Part shown: positions 48,795 to 61,940 of the stretch, one piece after another
Layout: the number at the start of each line of letters is the position of its first letter
How positions within the stretch are numbered: the first letter of the stretch is position 1
Assembly: GCF_018350175.1 (NCBI RefSeq)
Contig: NC_058369.1
Coordinates: forward strand, 4,404,001-4,468,000
DNA: 64,000 bases
Source of the DNA: Felis catus
Taxonomy: Eukaryota
Reading direction: 5' to 3'
Notes under the pieces: model-generated
The model's database searches: none
The model's input: the letters and a program-made list of their open reading frames with translations, nothing else
What the model was told of the DNA's origin: nothing
Program-made: the position numbers and the translations under genes

Positions 48795-48975
48795 CACCTT
48801 CTAGCTGGTGACCTTCAGCCAGTGACTTAAGGCCTTCAGAGCTTCCATTTCTCTACCGGAAAATGGAGCAAATACCTTCTGTCTGCCCCCCGGGGGCCAC
48901 CGTGCTGAACAAGGTGAGGCTGACAATCGTGGAGTTTAATTACCAGCGCTGCACATGGGAAGCGCTCCGTAAATA
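48795..48975 (+). mobile_element. MIR fragment
   Basis: tagctggtgaccttcagccagtgacttaa...gagcttccatttctctaccggaaaatggag. Confidence 0.55.
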
Positions 48976-49679
48976 CCCATTAAAGTCCTGGTCGGAATCC
49001 CCTCCGTTACGAGGTAGCCAAGAGCTCCTGCCGGGTTTTGCCTGTTCATTGATCTGAAACTGTGAAAGCAGGGAGACGCTTTGCTATTTGGGATCTCACA
49101 GGCAAACAAGCATGCGAGACGCCCCGGGGGATGGCTCGCGCTGTGTGCTGCGTCCATCCCAGGGCATATTTGTCGGGTTCGTCATTTTGGCCAATACTTA
49201 ATACTCACGCCTCTCGCAGCATCCGGCCAAACTTCCAACGTAACCCTGCTGCCTTACTGTCATAAAAATTACATTTTATCATTGCCTCCTTCTCCCTTCT
49301 CAGGCATCCTGTCCTTCCGTGGGACCTCAGAGCGTAGACGGTACATTTTCCACGGCCGAGCATCTCTTATATCGCTTGACAAGTGATGCCTGATGCAGAT
49401 GTGTCCAGTGCTGTCGTTCCTGGCGGAGACGGAGCGGGAGCTGGTGGGTCTCTTCAATTCCCCATAAGGAGACCCTCTTGGCCTTTTCTTCTTTGCTACA
49501 AGTTTCCAGGCTTTGTGTTGTTAAACTGATGAAGGCTGACGCAAAGCCCCGCAACGAAGCGAGGGGCTCCTGCCCGAGAGCAGGGTCGGCCCCCGCAGAA
49601 AACGACCTTTGAGCATCCCTCAAGGCCTGGGACGTGTCTGAACCTACTTGTCAGGGACGCAGAGCTAGCCGGAAGCGCG

Positions 49680-50960
49680 ATTTCCTTTCCCCCTCGGAAC
49701 TGATCCTATGGAAACACACATGTCCGAAGAGGCAAAGGGCCAAGTGCTGTACCCTGGTGTTCGTAGCAGCAGGATTCATAACAGCTCCCAAGCAGAAACA
49801 ACTCACGTGTCCATCAGCTGATTAAGCAAAATGTGGTCTATCCACGCAAGAGAATGTTACTCGGCCGTAAGAAGGAGTGAAGCTCTAACTCACGCCACAG
49901 TGTGAATGCACCTTGAACACACAACGCTCAGACACAAAAGCCATTTATGTGAAATGTTCAGAACAGGCGCACCCACAGAGAGTGCGTTAGTGGGCGCCGG
50001 GGTCGGTGGGGGGGGGTGGCGTTGGGGTGACTGCTAATCAGACAGGACTTCTTTTGGGAGTGATGGAAATGTTCTGGAGTTAGACAGTGGTGATGGTTAC
50101 ATAAGCCCCAAGGATACACAAAGACCCACTGAATTACACACTCGAAATGGGCCGACTCTGTGGTATGTAAAATATATCTCAATACAGCTGTGAAAACAAG
50201 ATCTACAGTGCCCTGGCGGAGTTACTCGAAGTCACAAAAAAACTGCAAACAACTTAAATGTTCATCAGTAGTAAAATCATTCAATAAATTACGGTACATC
50301 CCTAGTGTGATGCCATGACACCATCAAAAAGAATGAAGCACGGGGCACCCGGGGGCTCAGTCGGTTGGGCGTCCGACCTCGGCTCAGGTCACGATCTCAC
50401 GGTCCGTGGGTTCGAGTCCCGCGTCGGGCTCTGTGCCGACAGCTCGGAGCCTGGAGCCTGCTTCCGATTCTGGGTCTCCCTCTCTCTCTGCCCCTCCCCC
50501 ACTCACGCTCTGTCGTGAATGCGGTGCGTACAGGGAACACCACTGCTATTCGATCCACTTGGTCTACAGTATGCTGCCACTTACACGGCCAGAGGCTTTA
50601 ATATTAATTCAATATCAAACACCAAGAGGAAATTTCCTGGACAAACCGACTGTGGAGCATTCGTACAGTGGAGTACAACTCAGCAATGGAAAGAACAAGC
50701 CATCGACGCGCATGACGGCACGATGAGTCTCGAAGGCATTACGCCAAGCGACGGGGAGGGGAGCTGAGCGGGTGGCCAGGGGTCAAGGGTGGAGTGAGGG
50801 TCTGGCTGCAGAGGGGCAGCTCAAGAGAACGCACCCCAGTGTTGGAACTGCTCTCTGCCCACTTGGTGGGTGGTGGTTACCAGAACCTATGCGTGTGTGA
50901 GAAAACTCACCCCAAAATGTAAACATGACTGTATGTAAACTTAAACTATAAATAAACAGA
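49680..50960 (+). mobile_element. Old L1 3' fragments (L1MB and L1ME types) interrupted by a SINE
   Basis: tgtccatcagctgattaagcaaaatgtggtctatcca, gtgatggaaatgttctggagttagacagtggtgatggtt. Confidence 0.7.
50342..50513 (+). mobile_element. CAN-SINE lacking its A-rich tail
   Basis: Near-consensus body ending at ctcacgctctgtc. Confidence 0.88.
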
Positions 50961-51129
50961 AAGGAACAAAGTGAATTTACCAAAAAGAAGGCGCAGGCCC
51001 AGAGGATTCAAAAGTGAACAAGCCAGATCTGGGGGTGCGGACATCCTCATGCAGCAGAGTCAGACAAGAAACCAGTCACCAGATATACGAGGTTATTTCA
51101 TAGAGATCTGGGCCGTGACAAAGGGAGAA

Positions 51130-51480
51130 GGCAGAGGGACAGAGCCGGTGGGGAGGGGTGGTGGAAAAGGGGCTCCCAAGCTGTCACCAGGCCAGTGAAG
51201 GGTGTTGTGGAGGACGGTGCTGACATGAGACCTGGCCAGACATAGGGAGATGGGAGCAAGCACTCCCAGCACAGGGAACAGGAGGTGCAAAGGCCCTGTG
51301 GCAAGGGAAGGCAGGGGGCTGGAGACAACAGCAGAGACCCCGAGGGCATGGCCAGAAGTCTGAATCTTAGTCCAGTTCCTGAGGGAAACTCCAAGCAGGG
51401 CCACAACACATTCTGGTTAAACTATATTCTTCTTAGACTATTGGGAGAAAGAGTGAAGACAGGAAAACCAGGGAGGAAGC
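51130..51480 (-). mobile_element. L2 fragment
   Basis: gcactcccagcacagggaacaggaggtgcaaaggccctgtggca. Confidence 0.6.
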
Positions 51481-51934
51481 TCCCATGGCATACACTGTTT
51501 AAAGATTTTAATAATAATTAATGCTTTTTAAGTCCCTAACTGAGCTTATTAACACCTATATATGGAGGCTGGATAGCAAATCTGTCATTTTGTAAAGAAG
51601 TCAAGTAACATTGATCCCAGTAAATGAAAGGTTAACTAATTAAGTATTTAGTCACCACGAAAGTAAATGAAAGCCTCTACGACTTTCGTGCAGGTAATTG
51701 CACTCTTAGTAAGTCATCACAGCCCACAAGCATCAGCTTGCTTATTAATTCAGTGTTAACTGTCCGTATTGACTTATACATGCCATTATCCCAAAATCAA
51801 ATAATTTACAAGCATACTTATTTGTTTTAAAAAGGGACATAAAAAAGTAGACAGAGGAAATGAACAAGGCCTTGAACCTGTAGTTTGGTTACAGTTACTC
51901 ACCGGTAGGGATTAATATAGTAAATTGAGTTCAA

Positions 51935-52450
51935 TCAGGGGTTGGCAAACTTCTTCTGCAAAGGGCCAGAGTACGTTTTTGGCTTTGCAGACCATAGGGT
52001 CTACGTCAAAACTACTCAACTCTCACTGTTTCCAGAAAGCTGCCAGTGACCTTACATAAGGAATGGGTACGGTCGCATTCAGAGCCCTACCAGAACCTGG
52101 GGCAAAGGACACAAATCAGCGATGCTGATCCTGTCTTTAAAATGTTGACATTTTGCTCGATGGATGTTTGTGTGTGTGTGGCATGTTTCGATTTTTAAAA
52201 TGCTACATAAGTGAAATGTGACTTATCTTGATACCTGAGGTTTTCTGGCCCTGGACCTGTTTCAATAAAACTTTATTTACAGACACTGCAACTTGATTTT
52301 CATATAGTTTTCATGTGGCACAAAATATGATTCTCTTGATTTTTTTTTCAACCATTTGAAAATGCAGGAGATATTCTCAGCTTGTAGGACTTACAAAAAA
52401 ACAGGCGGGTGCCCCGTGTGGCCCCCCGGCGCGTAGTTGGCTGACCTCTG
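51935..52450 (+). mobile_element. MER58B-like element split by a nested hAT (MER96B-like) piece at about 52083-52253
   Basis: caggggttggcaaacttc...; the element resumes at gtttcaataaaactttattta; end tagttggctgacctctg. Confidence 0.65.
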
Positions 52451-52728
52451 TTTTGGGTGGCCGTTTGTGAAGCGGGTCTGGTTCCTCCTTGTATTCTTGG
52501 AAAAGCAACTTCTAGCAAGTTGGCACTCAGATGACTCTGAACAAAAGTGCTCTTTTCACCTTTCTGAGCTTCCTGCTTGGGTTACTTGCCATTCTCTTCT
52601 CACCCAAAGGTCCCCCAAAGGCACCAGCACACAGACCCAGAACGCCAGCCCTCTGTAGACCGTGTCCCCCATCTGCCTCGTGCTTTCCTTTCCAGTAAGG
52701 ACCACTGACTCAGAAGTGTAGTTTTCCC

Positions 52729-52923
52729 GGGGCGCCGGGCCCCGGGTGGTTCAGTCGGTTTCAGCTCAGGTCATGAGCTCACAGTTCATGAGATTGAGCC
52801 CCGCCTCGGGCTCCGTGCTGACCGTGAGGGGCCTGCTTGGGATTCTCTCTCCTCTCTCTCTCTCTCCCTTCCCTGCTCACGCGCACTCTCTCTCTCTCTC
52901 TCTCAAATAAACTATTTTTTTAA
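52729..52923 (+). mobile_element. CAN-SINE
   Basis: TSD agaagtgta(g/a)ttttcc. Confidence 0.9.
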
Positions 52924-53183
52924 AGAAGTGTAATTTTCCTAAGTGGGGGTATGCAAGTTCAGTGAGTTAGCTATGCATCATCCAGCTGGTACACAACCAC
53001 AAGATAAATTCCTAGGGTCTCTACTGACGCTCCATTCCTATGATTCAGCAGGAGGGATGGGACTCCCAAGGACTATAAACTATGAAAGAATAAACTATGA
53101 AACTAGAAACTATGAAAGAATATGCCTCCTTTAATATAATACTAGAAAATATAACTGGAGTGTCTATTATTCTTAGTTTTTAA

Positions 53184-53419
53184 AGTATTTTTTATTATTT
53201 ATTTATTTTTTGAGAGAGAGAGAGAGAGAGAGAGGGAGGGAGGGAGAGAGAGGTAGAGAGAATGACCATGGAGGGGCAGAGACAGAGGGGAACAGAGGAT
53301 CTGAAGTGAGCTCTGTGCTGACAGCAGAGAGGTCGATGCGGAGCTCAAATTCATAGACCACGGGATCATGACCTGAACTGAAATCAGATGCTTAACCGAC
53401 TGAGCCACCCGGGCGCCCC
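53184..53419 (-). mobile_element. CAN-SINE
   Basis: TSD tattattctta. Confidence 0.9.
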
Positions 53420-53429
53420 TATTATTCTT

Positions 53430-54790
53430 ATTTTTAATTGTGGTAAAAGATATGATTATATATATTATTTATACACTATATATATATGCACATATATTAT
53501 TTATATATTACAAACACACATATATATATATAAAATGTATAAATTTATCAGGTGCACGGTTTTCAAGTGTGGCACTAGGTACATTCACATTGTTGTGCAG
53601 CCGTCGCCACCATCCATCTTGCAAAATCGGAGACTCTGTCCCTCTTAACTGTAACTCTCCGTGCCCCTGGCTCCCACCATCTACTTTCCGTCATGAATCT
53701 GGCTTCTCTAGGGACCTCACAGGGGTAGAACCATAGCGCGTTTGGTCCTTTTGGAACTGGCTTATTTCACTGAGCATAACACCCTCAAGGTGCATCCGTG
53801 GTGTAGCAGGGGTCAGATTTCCTTCCTTTTTAAAGCTGAAGACTGTTGGTGGCACCACACCGTGTTCATCTGTTCACCCGTTGATGGGCCGTTTCCCCCT
53901 CTTGGCTACTGTGAGACGTGCTGCTGTGAACGTGGGTGTGCAAATATCTGTTCAAGCCCCTGCTTTCAGTCCTTCGGGTGTATGCCCAGAAGTGGAGTTG
54001 CTGGACCATATGGTAATTCTATGTTTAATTTTCTTTTCCCCAAGGAGCTGCCTTACTGTTCTCCATAGCAGCTGCACAATTTACTTTCCCACTAGCAGTT
54101 CACAATGGTTTCCATTTCTCCAAATCTTTGCCAACAATCTTTGTAATTTTCTGTTTGTTTGGGTGTTTTTTTAAGGATAGCCATCCTAATGGTGCAAAGT
54201 GGCCTCATTGTGGTTTTGATTTGTGTTTCCCTAATGCTAAGTGATGTTGAGCACCTTTTCCTGTGATTATTGGCCATCTTCATACCTTCTCTGGAGAAAT
54301 GTCTATTCAAGTCCTTTGCCCACTTTCTAATTGGGTTGTTTCTTTGTTGCTGTAAAATTGTAGGAGGTCTTTATATATTCTAAATATTAACCCCTTCTGA
54401 GATACATGATCTGCAAATATGTTTTCCCATTGTGTGGGTTGCCTTTTCACTCTGTTTCTAGTATGCTCTGATGTACAGAAAAGTTTTTTTAAGTTTCATG
54501 AATCCTGATTTACCTACTTTTTCCCTTTTGTGACCTTGCCTTTGGTGTCACAGCAAAGGAATCACTGCTGAATCCAATCTCACGCAGCTTCCCCCCGTGT
54601 CTTCTTCTAAGACTGTTGTGCTATTAGCCCTGACATTTAGGTCTTTGATCCATTTTGAGCTAGTCTTGTATATGGTGTGAGGTAAGGATCCAACTTCATT
54701 CTTTTGCAGGTGGATATCTAGTTTCCCAACATCATTTGTTGAAAAGACTGTCATTTCCCCCATTGAAAGGTCCTGGCACCCTTGCTGGAG
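53430..54790 (-). mobile_element. L1MA/MB-type 3' portion
   Basis: tatgcccagaagtggagttgctggaccatatggtaattctat, ctggagaaatgtctattcaagtcctttgccc. Confidence 0.85.
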
Positions 54791-55105
54791 TAAGATATTA
54801 TAAAGAAGTAATTAGAGTGACATGTGAAGATCCAGTCTTGCCAGAGAGGGCACCCTCAATAGGAATTTGTGAAAGAAGCTGGCATAAATGAGGTGAACTC
54901 TACTTTTCCCCTTCAATGGTGATGGATAGGTCCGTGCACACCTCTCATTTCTGTTTTCCATGGCCATTTTCAAATGGAACTTGTGCGTAGCTGACCCACA
55001 CAACTCTACAGAGATACAAACGTCTCGTGAGGACCTGCTTTTTCTGGTTCCTACCAAAGTGTTAGATTTCCACCTCATTTCAGCCCTCTTATTAAAAAAA
55101 ATCTA

Positions 55106-55313
55106 GGGGTGCCTGGGTGGCTCAGTCGGTTAAGTGGCCACTTCAGCTCAGGGGAGTCATGATCTCTCGGTTTGTGAGTTCGCGCCCTGCGTCGGGCTCT
55201 GTGCTGACAGCTCGGAGCCTGGAACCTGCTTCGGATTCTGTGTCTCCCCCTCTCTCTGACCATCCCCTGTTCATGCTCTGTCTCTCCCTCAAAATAATAA
55301 GTAAACATTAAAA
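55106..55313 (+). mobile_element. CAN-SINE
   Basis: ggggtgcctgggtggctcagtcgg head. Confidence 0.9.
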
Positions 55314-56882
55314 ATTTCTATAGAATATTTGGAAGTGGCTTAAATTCTGTAATATGCTCCCTCAAATAGCTACAGCAGGATTCTATACCTTGGGTCAATA
55401 GATTCACAAGGATCACACTTCAGGGAGCCCATGAACTTGAGCTTGAATGTGAAATTTAAGTGGGGGCATGTGTGCTTACACCTGTTCTTCTAGGGAGAAA
55501 TTCCCAACTTTCAGCAGACTACAAAAAAGGTCCAGCCTGAAGAAGGGTTAACAACCACTGGGCTATTGTGATATGTGGGTTTGTCTTTTTTTTGAAGTTA
55601 AGTTTATAAATTCAAGGACTCCAATTTAAACGGGCCTTGTTGTATAATCCAGGCAGGTCAGCGGTCTTTAGAAGAAAGACACACAATTCACTTCTTGGAG
55701 GAAGGTCGTAAGGGTGGCCGTGGGCCCCAATCACATATGGCAGAGACATGGGGCCAGGTGACTCACGGGAGTACGGTGAGACGCACGCCCCATCTCTAGC
55801 AGGAAGCCACAGCGTGAAGGCATCCGGTCTCCTTTGCTAGCAGCCCACAGTTAGGAATTCAAAGAGTCCAGGAAGGGATTGTGCTGATAAGTAGCTACAC
55901 CTTCAATGACCACCTCGGCAATAAGCAACCCACAGGCCACCAAGCCCACGCGTGCCACGGATTTGAAACTTGAGAGAGAAGCCTCTGCCAGCGGGGCACT
56001 GAGAGGGGAAGGGAGCAGCCGACCTGAGGAAACACAACTGATTTGCCATCTTTGGTAGCCAACACTGACCGGCCCTGCAGCAAGGAGGTTAAGGCGAGGA
56101 CCCACTTGCTCTTACCCCAGAGAAGCCCCACACCTGTTCTGCTTCTAGCAGCGATCCCTAGAACGTCTTAATTCTAAAAACCACGGCCACGACGAAAGAT
56201 TACAAGGTCGCGCAGAATTCATTTCAGGTGGGATTTTAGTGCAATATAAGATGGCTGAAACGTGGAAATAGCTTTTTTGATCTCTGAACGCTGATTTTTT
56301 CCCTTATTGATTAGCCATCACACATTTTTACTTCTTAGGAGTCACTGTTAACGGCATATTCCAGTACGAAGGTACGTGGTCACAGACGTCGGCTTCTCCC
56401 ACACGGGAGCCCGCCTCCTTGGGCCCTGGTCTGCAGCAGTAACTTGTGTCCAGAATCACTCCTGGATGCCAGGATTTGCACACCAAATTCCAGAGCTGGT
56501 GCCACCTGCCAAAAGGGAGTGGCAGTCCTCAAGTGACAGCCACGCAGGGCTGAGTGTTGGAGAGCTGGAGACCAGAAAGGAGAGAAACGCATGCTTCCCA
56601 ACTGCACAGCGCCTTACCGCCCTGGGGTGATAGTCTGAACCTGACCCGGGCTCTCCGCGGCCTGGGAGACAAGGAGGAACGCCACGGAGAGAAAGGCCAG
56701 GGTGCTGTGGAATTAAAAAAAGGAAGAGAGAAAGAAAAAAGGCACAGTCTCATTGACATAAAAAGGCAAAGGGGATTTGAAGAGTCTGAGGCGTTCGTGT
56801 ACCTCCAAACCAGCATCGTATCCATATACGCGTGATGTTACGCTATACTACAAGTCAGATGTAACCAGGACTCTTTGTTAGA

Positions 56883-57200
56883 CCAGCTGTCAGCAAACTT
56901 TTTCTGTGAAGGGCCCAATAGCAAATATTTTAGGCTTTGCAGGTCAAACGGCCCCTGGTGGGACTTGCTCAACCCCTCCACTGCAGGGCAAGGGCCACCA
57001 GCAACAATATGTGCACTAATGAGCATCAAACTTCATTTATGGGCACTGAAATGTGAATTTCATGTAACTTCACGTGTTCCCAAATATCATTCTTCTGTTT
57101 ATTTTTTCAACCATGAAACATAAAAAGTCATTATTAGCTCTCGTCCATCCCAAATCGGATGGTGGGTTGGAGTCAGCCCATGAGGTGGTTTTTTGAATCT
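56883..57200 (+). mobile_element. MER58B-like element
   Basis: gtcagcaaactttttctgtgaagggcc...gggcactgaaatgtgaatttcatgtaacttc. Confidence 0.7.
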
Positions 57201-57523
57201 GTACTAGACTCAAATGTTTGGACTCATGTCTCTAAAAGAGAGACTAAAATAATTCTGGACAAACGGACAGGAATCAGATAGCACATTTAATTTACAAATA
57301 ACATTCCAGATAGCTCAGTGCCCAGACAGTCAAGGACCCTCTGAGGGTAAAGGCCGACATCTGTCACGTCCTCCTCCTAAAGCATGACGATGTAGGATTG
57401 TGGGAAGTCTCTGAAATGGGCACGCCCACAGGCCGGAGCTGGAGCTGTGTCACAAGGGAGAGAGAGGACAGCCTTCATGTCCTGCTGATTCTGACCCTCT
57501 CTTGCCTCTACCGCCTGCTGTGG

Positions 57524-57802
57524 TTTTTTTTTTTAAGTATTTTTATATTTTATTTTATTAAAAAAATTTTTTAATGTTTATTTCTTTCTGAGAGAGAGAG
57601 AGAGAGAAAGACAGAGCATGAGCGGGGGAGGGGCAGAGAGAGAGAGAGAGAGAGAGACACAGAATCCGAAACAGGCTCCAGGCTCTGAGCTGTCAGCACA
57701 GAGCCCGATGTGGGGCTCAAACTCACGAACCATGAGATCATGACCTGAGCCGAAGTTGGATGCCCAACCGGCTGAGCCCCCCAGGCGCCCCTATTTTATT
57801 TT

Positions 57803-57842
<40 letters not shown>

Positions 57843-58017
57843 ACAAGCGGAGAAGAGGGGCAGAGAAAGGGGGAGAGAGAAAGAAAGAGAGAGGGCATTT
57901 TAAGGAGGCTCCAGGCTCAGCACAGAGCCTGACACAGGGCTCAATCCCACAAACCTGGGATCATGACCTGAGCTGAAATCAACAGATGCTCAGCTGACTA
58001 AGCCACCCAGGCGCCCC
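57524..58017 (-). mobile_element. Two tandem CAN-SINEs (57524-57791 and 57792-58017)
   Basis: Two caggcgcccc heads and two (GA)n tracts. Confidence 0.9.
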
Positions 58018-58117
58018 TGCCCGCTCTAGTTCCGGCGTCTACCCTGCCCCTTCACGATTCAGGGTCTTTGGGCATTTCACAGAAGAGAAATTTGTGGATG
58101 CGAGAAAATTGTGAGAG

Positions 58118-58905
58118 GTGACGCTCTTGAACACACAGTTCTCCAAAGAAGCTACACGCATGGCCAGTAAGCACATGACAAGATGCTCAATGTCACTGGT
58201 CACCTGGAAACGAAGGTCGAAACCACCACACGCCTGCCAGGTTGGCCATAACAAGAACAAGGGAAGGCAGCGTGTTGGCGGGAGGAAGCGGAGCTCTCCT
58301 GCGGGGCTGGTGGGAACGTAAAACGGCACAGCGCCGTGCCACACACTGGGCAGTTTCCCAAGGAGTCGGATACGGGGTGAGCGTGTGACCCAGCAGCCCC
58401 CCTCCGGCGTGTCTGCCCAAGGGAAATGAAAGCCCGTGTTCACACAAAAGCTCGTCCACACATGTTCACAGCAGCATTTCTGGTAACAGCCAAAAAGCAG
58501 GAGCGACCCGAACGTCCATCGGCGGAGGACGGTGGTCCATCCACACGGCAGAATGTTATTTAGTCATGAAAAGGAGCGAGGCGTCGACACCGGCTGTCCT
58601 GAACACACGATGCTCGGTGAGGGAACCAGACACAGAGGGCCACACGGCGCGTGGTTCTATTTACGTGGAACGTCTGCAACAGGCACATCCGCACACAGGA
58701 AGGGGGCTCATGGCTGCCGGGGTGTGGGGGCGGGGGGGAGTGACTTCTTAATGGAATGCGGCTTCTTTCTGAAGTGCTGGAAACATTCTAGAATTAGATG
58801 GTGGCATGGCAGTGGTCACATAACATTTCGGATAGCCTAAACACCACTGAATTGCCCTTTAAAATGGTCGATTTTACGTTACGCGAATTTCATCTCAATT
58901 TTTAG
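58118..58905 (+). mobile_element. L1MB-type 3' portion, GC-drifted
   Basis: ttctccaaagaagctacacgcatggccagtaagcacatga...caccactgaattgccctttaaaatgg. Confidence 0.8.
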
Positions 58906-59069
58906 AGAAAGGTGACCCAGCAAACGTGTTGGCAAAGGCCAGACAAGAAGAGAACCGACAACATATAAACCAAAATTGTGCCTGTATTCTCTACTTGAGA
59001 AGCAAAGATGATACAGCTTCAAACAACAAGAAAGTGAGGCCTGGGTTCAAATCAAAGAAAGTTCAAATC

Positions 59070-59172
59070 TTTTGTTGTTGTTGTTTAAGATTTTATTTTT
59101 AAGTAATCTCTACGCCCAATGTGGAGCTTGAACGCACAACCCTGGGACCAAGACTGAGCCAGCCAGGCGCCT
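59070..59172 (-). mobile_element. Short tRNA-Lys-derived carnivore SINE (SINEC_old-like)
   Basis: aagtaatctctacgcccaatgtggagcttgaac...gactgagccagccaggcgcc. Confidence 0.75.
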
Positions 59173-60429
59173 CGGGTCAAAACCCTTCCTAACATTTTCA
59201 GAAACAAACTTCGTTAACAAGCAGAACAGCCCTTGCACACAATCCCTGAGAGACTTTCTGTTTGAAGACCTCCAGGGACAGGTGCAGCAGTGGGGGGGGA
59301 GGGGGGGGGGACTGGTGAAAGGTGTAAGGAAGCCTCTTTTAGAAACGCCAAAACATTTGTTCAACGTGTACACAGAACCAACGGTGGGTAACGAGCGAAA
59401 AATGACAGGCGAGAGGCAGGCATTTCACCATCAGGACTCGACACGAGAATAGGGCTCAATTCTGGAGTTGAATTATAGACCTTCTGGCCAAGGCCTACGT
59501 GAACATTACCACTGGAGAAAGAGCGGATAGTTTCTGGAAGACTCTACGCTCACGAGGCACTAAGAAAGAAAAGCCAGATAGGTTAGTGTCTCAGAAGTCT
59601 TAAAGGAGGTTAAGAAGAAAAACAAGATCCATCGAATTTAAGGTGGGCAGAAAGCTCAGACGAAGGCTGGACAGGCTTATCCGTGACCAGGGCGTCGGAT
59701 TTCTGGTTTCAAACTGTGTGGCGTTAACGAGAAAGAGTCTACACTACAGCGGAAAGACAGAGGTTCGAGAGCAGGCACTGCAGCGGGGCTCGGACCCCAT
59801 GCACGGGTCATGAACAGAGGTGGCCCGGAGGTGGCCTGCTGGCCTGCTGGGACCGGTCTGCTGGGGGTGCAGCAGGATGAACGCTTTGCTGGAGTGTCAA
59901 GGAGGCAAGGAGTTGGAACCACGTGTCGGCAGGGAATTCAAAGGGCTGGGAAGATGCCGTTGCTGTGGGAGAGGCAGCTCAGAGCCAGGGCAACAAGCGT
60001 GAACTTGTGTGGGCACAAACCGGCCGGGTGGCTGGGCCTCCCCCAGAGGCACACGCGGGCATGGGTGCAGCTCGTGGTGACAGACCGGGGCTGAGTCAGC
60101 CACCGTGGGCTGGAAACTAGGCAGAGCAGAATCGACAGGGAACAAGTTTCGGAAGTAGGGGCTGGCCCGGAGAGAGGTGATTGGGGGTGGGGGGACGTTT
60201 TCACCGGATTGCCAAAAGTCCTGTGACCCACTGTTCTCCGGACGGGATGCGGAGTGGAGGGAAGGACGGGCATATTGTCAGGGTGCCCGTGGCGTGGGCG
60301 GGAGCGGAGGGGGTGGCAGAGCGGACGTGCTGTGGATGGTGTCGTGCAGGCAAGGACACAGCGGAAAGTAACCATCTCTGCAGGGCTGCAGCGTGAACGT
60401 GGGTGAAAGAGATCTAATGCAAAGGGGAA

Positions 60430-61130
60430 GGAAGTCCCTCCCACCCAGCAAGTCCCCTTCCGGGAATTTTCACACATCCCGCACTTGTGCACAAATACAT
60501 TTGGACAAGGATGTTTACCGCAGCACTGTTGGTGAAGTGAAAAACGATCAACAAAACACCCCTCAATAAAGAGCTAGTTAAGTACCTCAGGGCACACGGG
60601 TACTGTGGAAAGTCACGCGGTTTTGGAGAAAGAATGAAGATGACAGGCAGTGATGAGGAAAGTACTAGGTGAGGGAGAAGGTACTACAGACAAAGTACTA
60701 GGTGAGGGAGAAGGTGCAGAAAAGTGGGCATGATATGATCCTTTTTCCGTAAAAAGAAAAAATACTAGACTAGCCATAAAAGGAGCAAGGCGCCGACACA
60801 CATTACCCCGTGGACAGACCCTGAACACATGACGCTCAGAGAGGGAACCAGATACAAAGGGCCACGCGGTGTGTGATTCCATGTGTGCGAAACGCCCGGA
60901 ACAGGCTCATCCACAGACAGGAAGGGGGCTCGTGGGGGCCGGCGGGGAGGAGGCGGGGTGGAGGAGGACTACTGATGGGCACAGGGTTTCTTTATAGGGT
61001 GACGGAATGTTCTGGAACTACACAGTGGTGACGGTTATACAACCTGGTGAATATACAAAAAACCCACCAAACTATCATACGCTATACACTTACATCAAAG
61101 AGGGAGTTTTTATGGCTTATGAATGTAATT
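60430..61130 (+). mobile_element. Old L1 3' fragments (L1ME with nested L1MB-type)
   Basis: caaggatgtttaccgcagcactgtt, gggtgacggaatgttctggaactacacagtggtgacggtt. Confidence 0.65.
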
Positions 61131-61569
61131 CAATTCAAAATAGCACCGTATGGCATGTGTCTTCTATACGCATACAAAATATCGGAAAGAATCCACACCA
61201 AACTTTATTAGCGGTGGGACGGGCAGAGGAAGAGAGGCGGAGGAAGCCAGGGGCTCCTCTTCCCCCTTTGCATTTTTGGGTATCATCTGGAGGCTTCACC
61301 ATGAAAAGACTCCCCTGACGTAAAAGAGGAAGGAAACAAGAGTTCTTGGGAACTGCCCAGAAGGGTCCCCAAGTCGTGAATTCCGGTCACCACGGAATTC
61401 TGGGATCAAACTGCTCAGTGGCCCGGAAGGGACACTGGTGCGCAAAGCCCAACCACGACCACTTGAGAAAATGGAAAACATTTGAGTCAGGTGGGCCTGT
61501 GCTACTCACACCTTGTGAGTGACCTAAAACTGAACTGGCCGTGAACTATCTGAACGCCGGATTGTAGCT

Positions 61570-61940
61570 CAGACAATGGTCACCTTTTAGAAAGAATGGC
61601 AGTGACCGAGGAGGTGTGCCTGTTTGCGTTTTGACACCGCAGGCCATCTGTGGTCACGGTGCACCTGGAATGCGGCCGGTCCGAACCGAGATGTGCTGTG
61701 CGTGTAAAGTGCACACTGGATTCCAAAGACTCGGCACGCAGGAAGAATGTGAAACATCCCACCAAAGATGTGTTCATACAGACCCCATGTTAAAACAACA
61801 ATGTTCTGGATATACTGGAGTAAGTGAAACACATTATTCAAATTAACTTCACCTGTCTGTGTTTACTTTTTAACTGAGGCTACTAGAAAATTTTAAATTG
61901 CACACTCAGCTCACACTGTGTTTGTTAGACAACTGGGATC
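61570..61940 (+). mobile_element. MER33-like hAT-Charlie element
   Basis: gagatgtgctgtgcgtgtaaagtgcacactggattccaaagact...ggctactagaaaattttaaattgcac. Confidence 0.7.

Noticed and set aside
6773..58017. Recurrent near-identical 200-bp units and recurring MAQSV.../SLEPASDSVSPSLS peptides as an array or gene family
   Set aside because: Dispersed CAN-SINEs with individual TSDs; not CRISPR-like and not coding.
59070..59172. tRNA-Lys gene
   Set aside because: tRNA-derived SINE with an internal deletion and A-rich tail; the same applies to the A/B boxes in all CAN-SINE heads.
6025..61130. Most L1 fragments lie antisense to RFX2
   Set aside because: Real, but the well-known intronic orientation bias; not novel.
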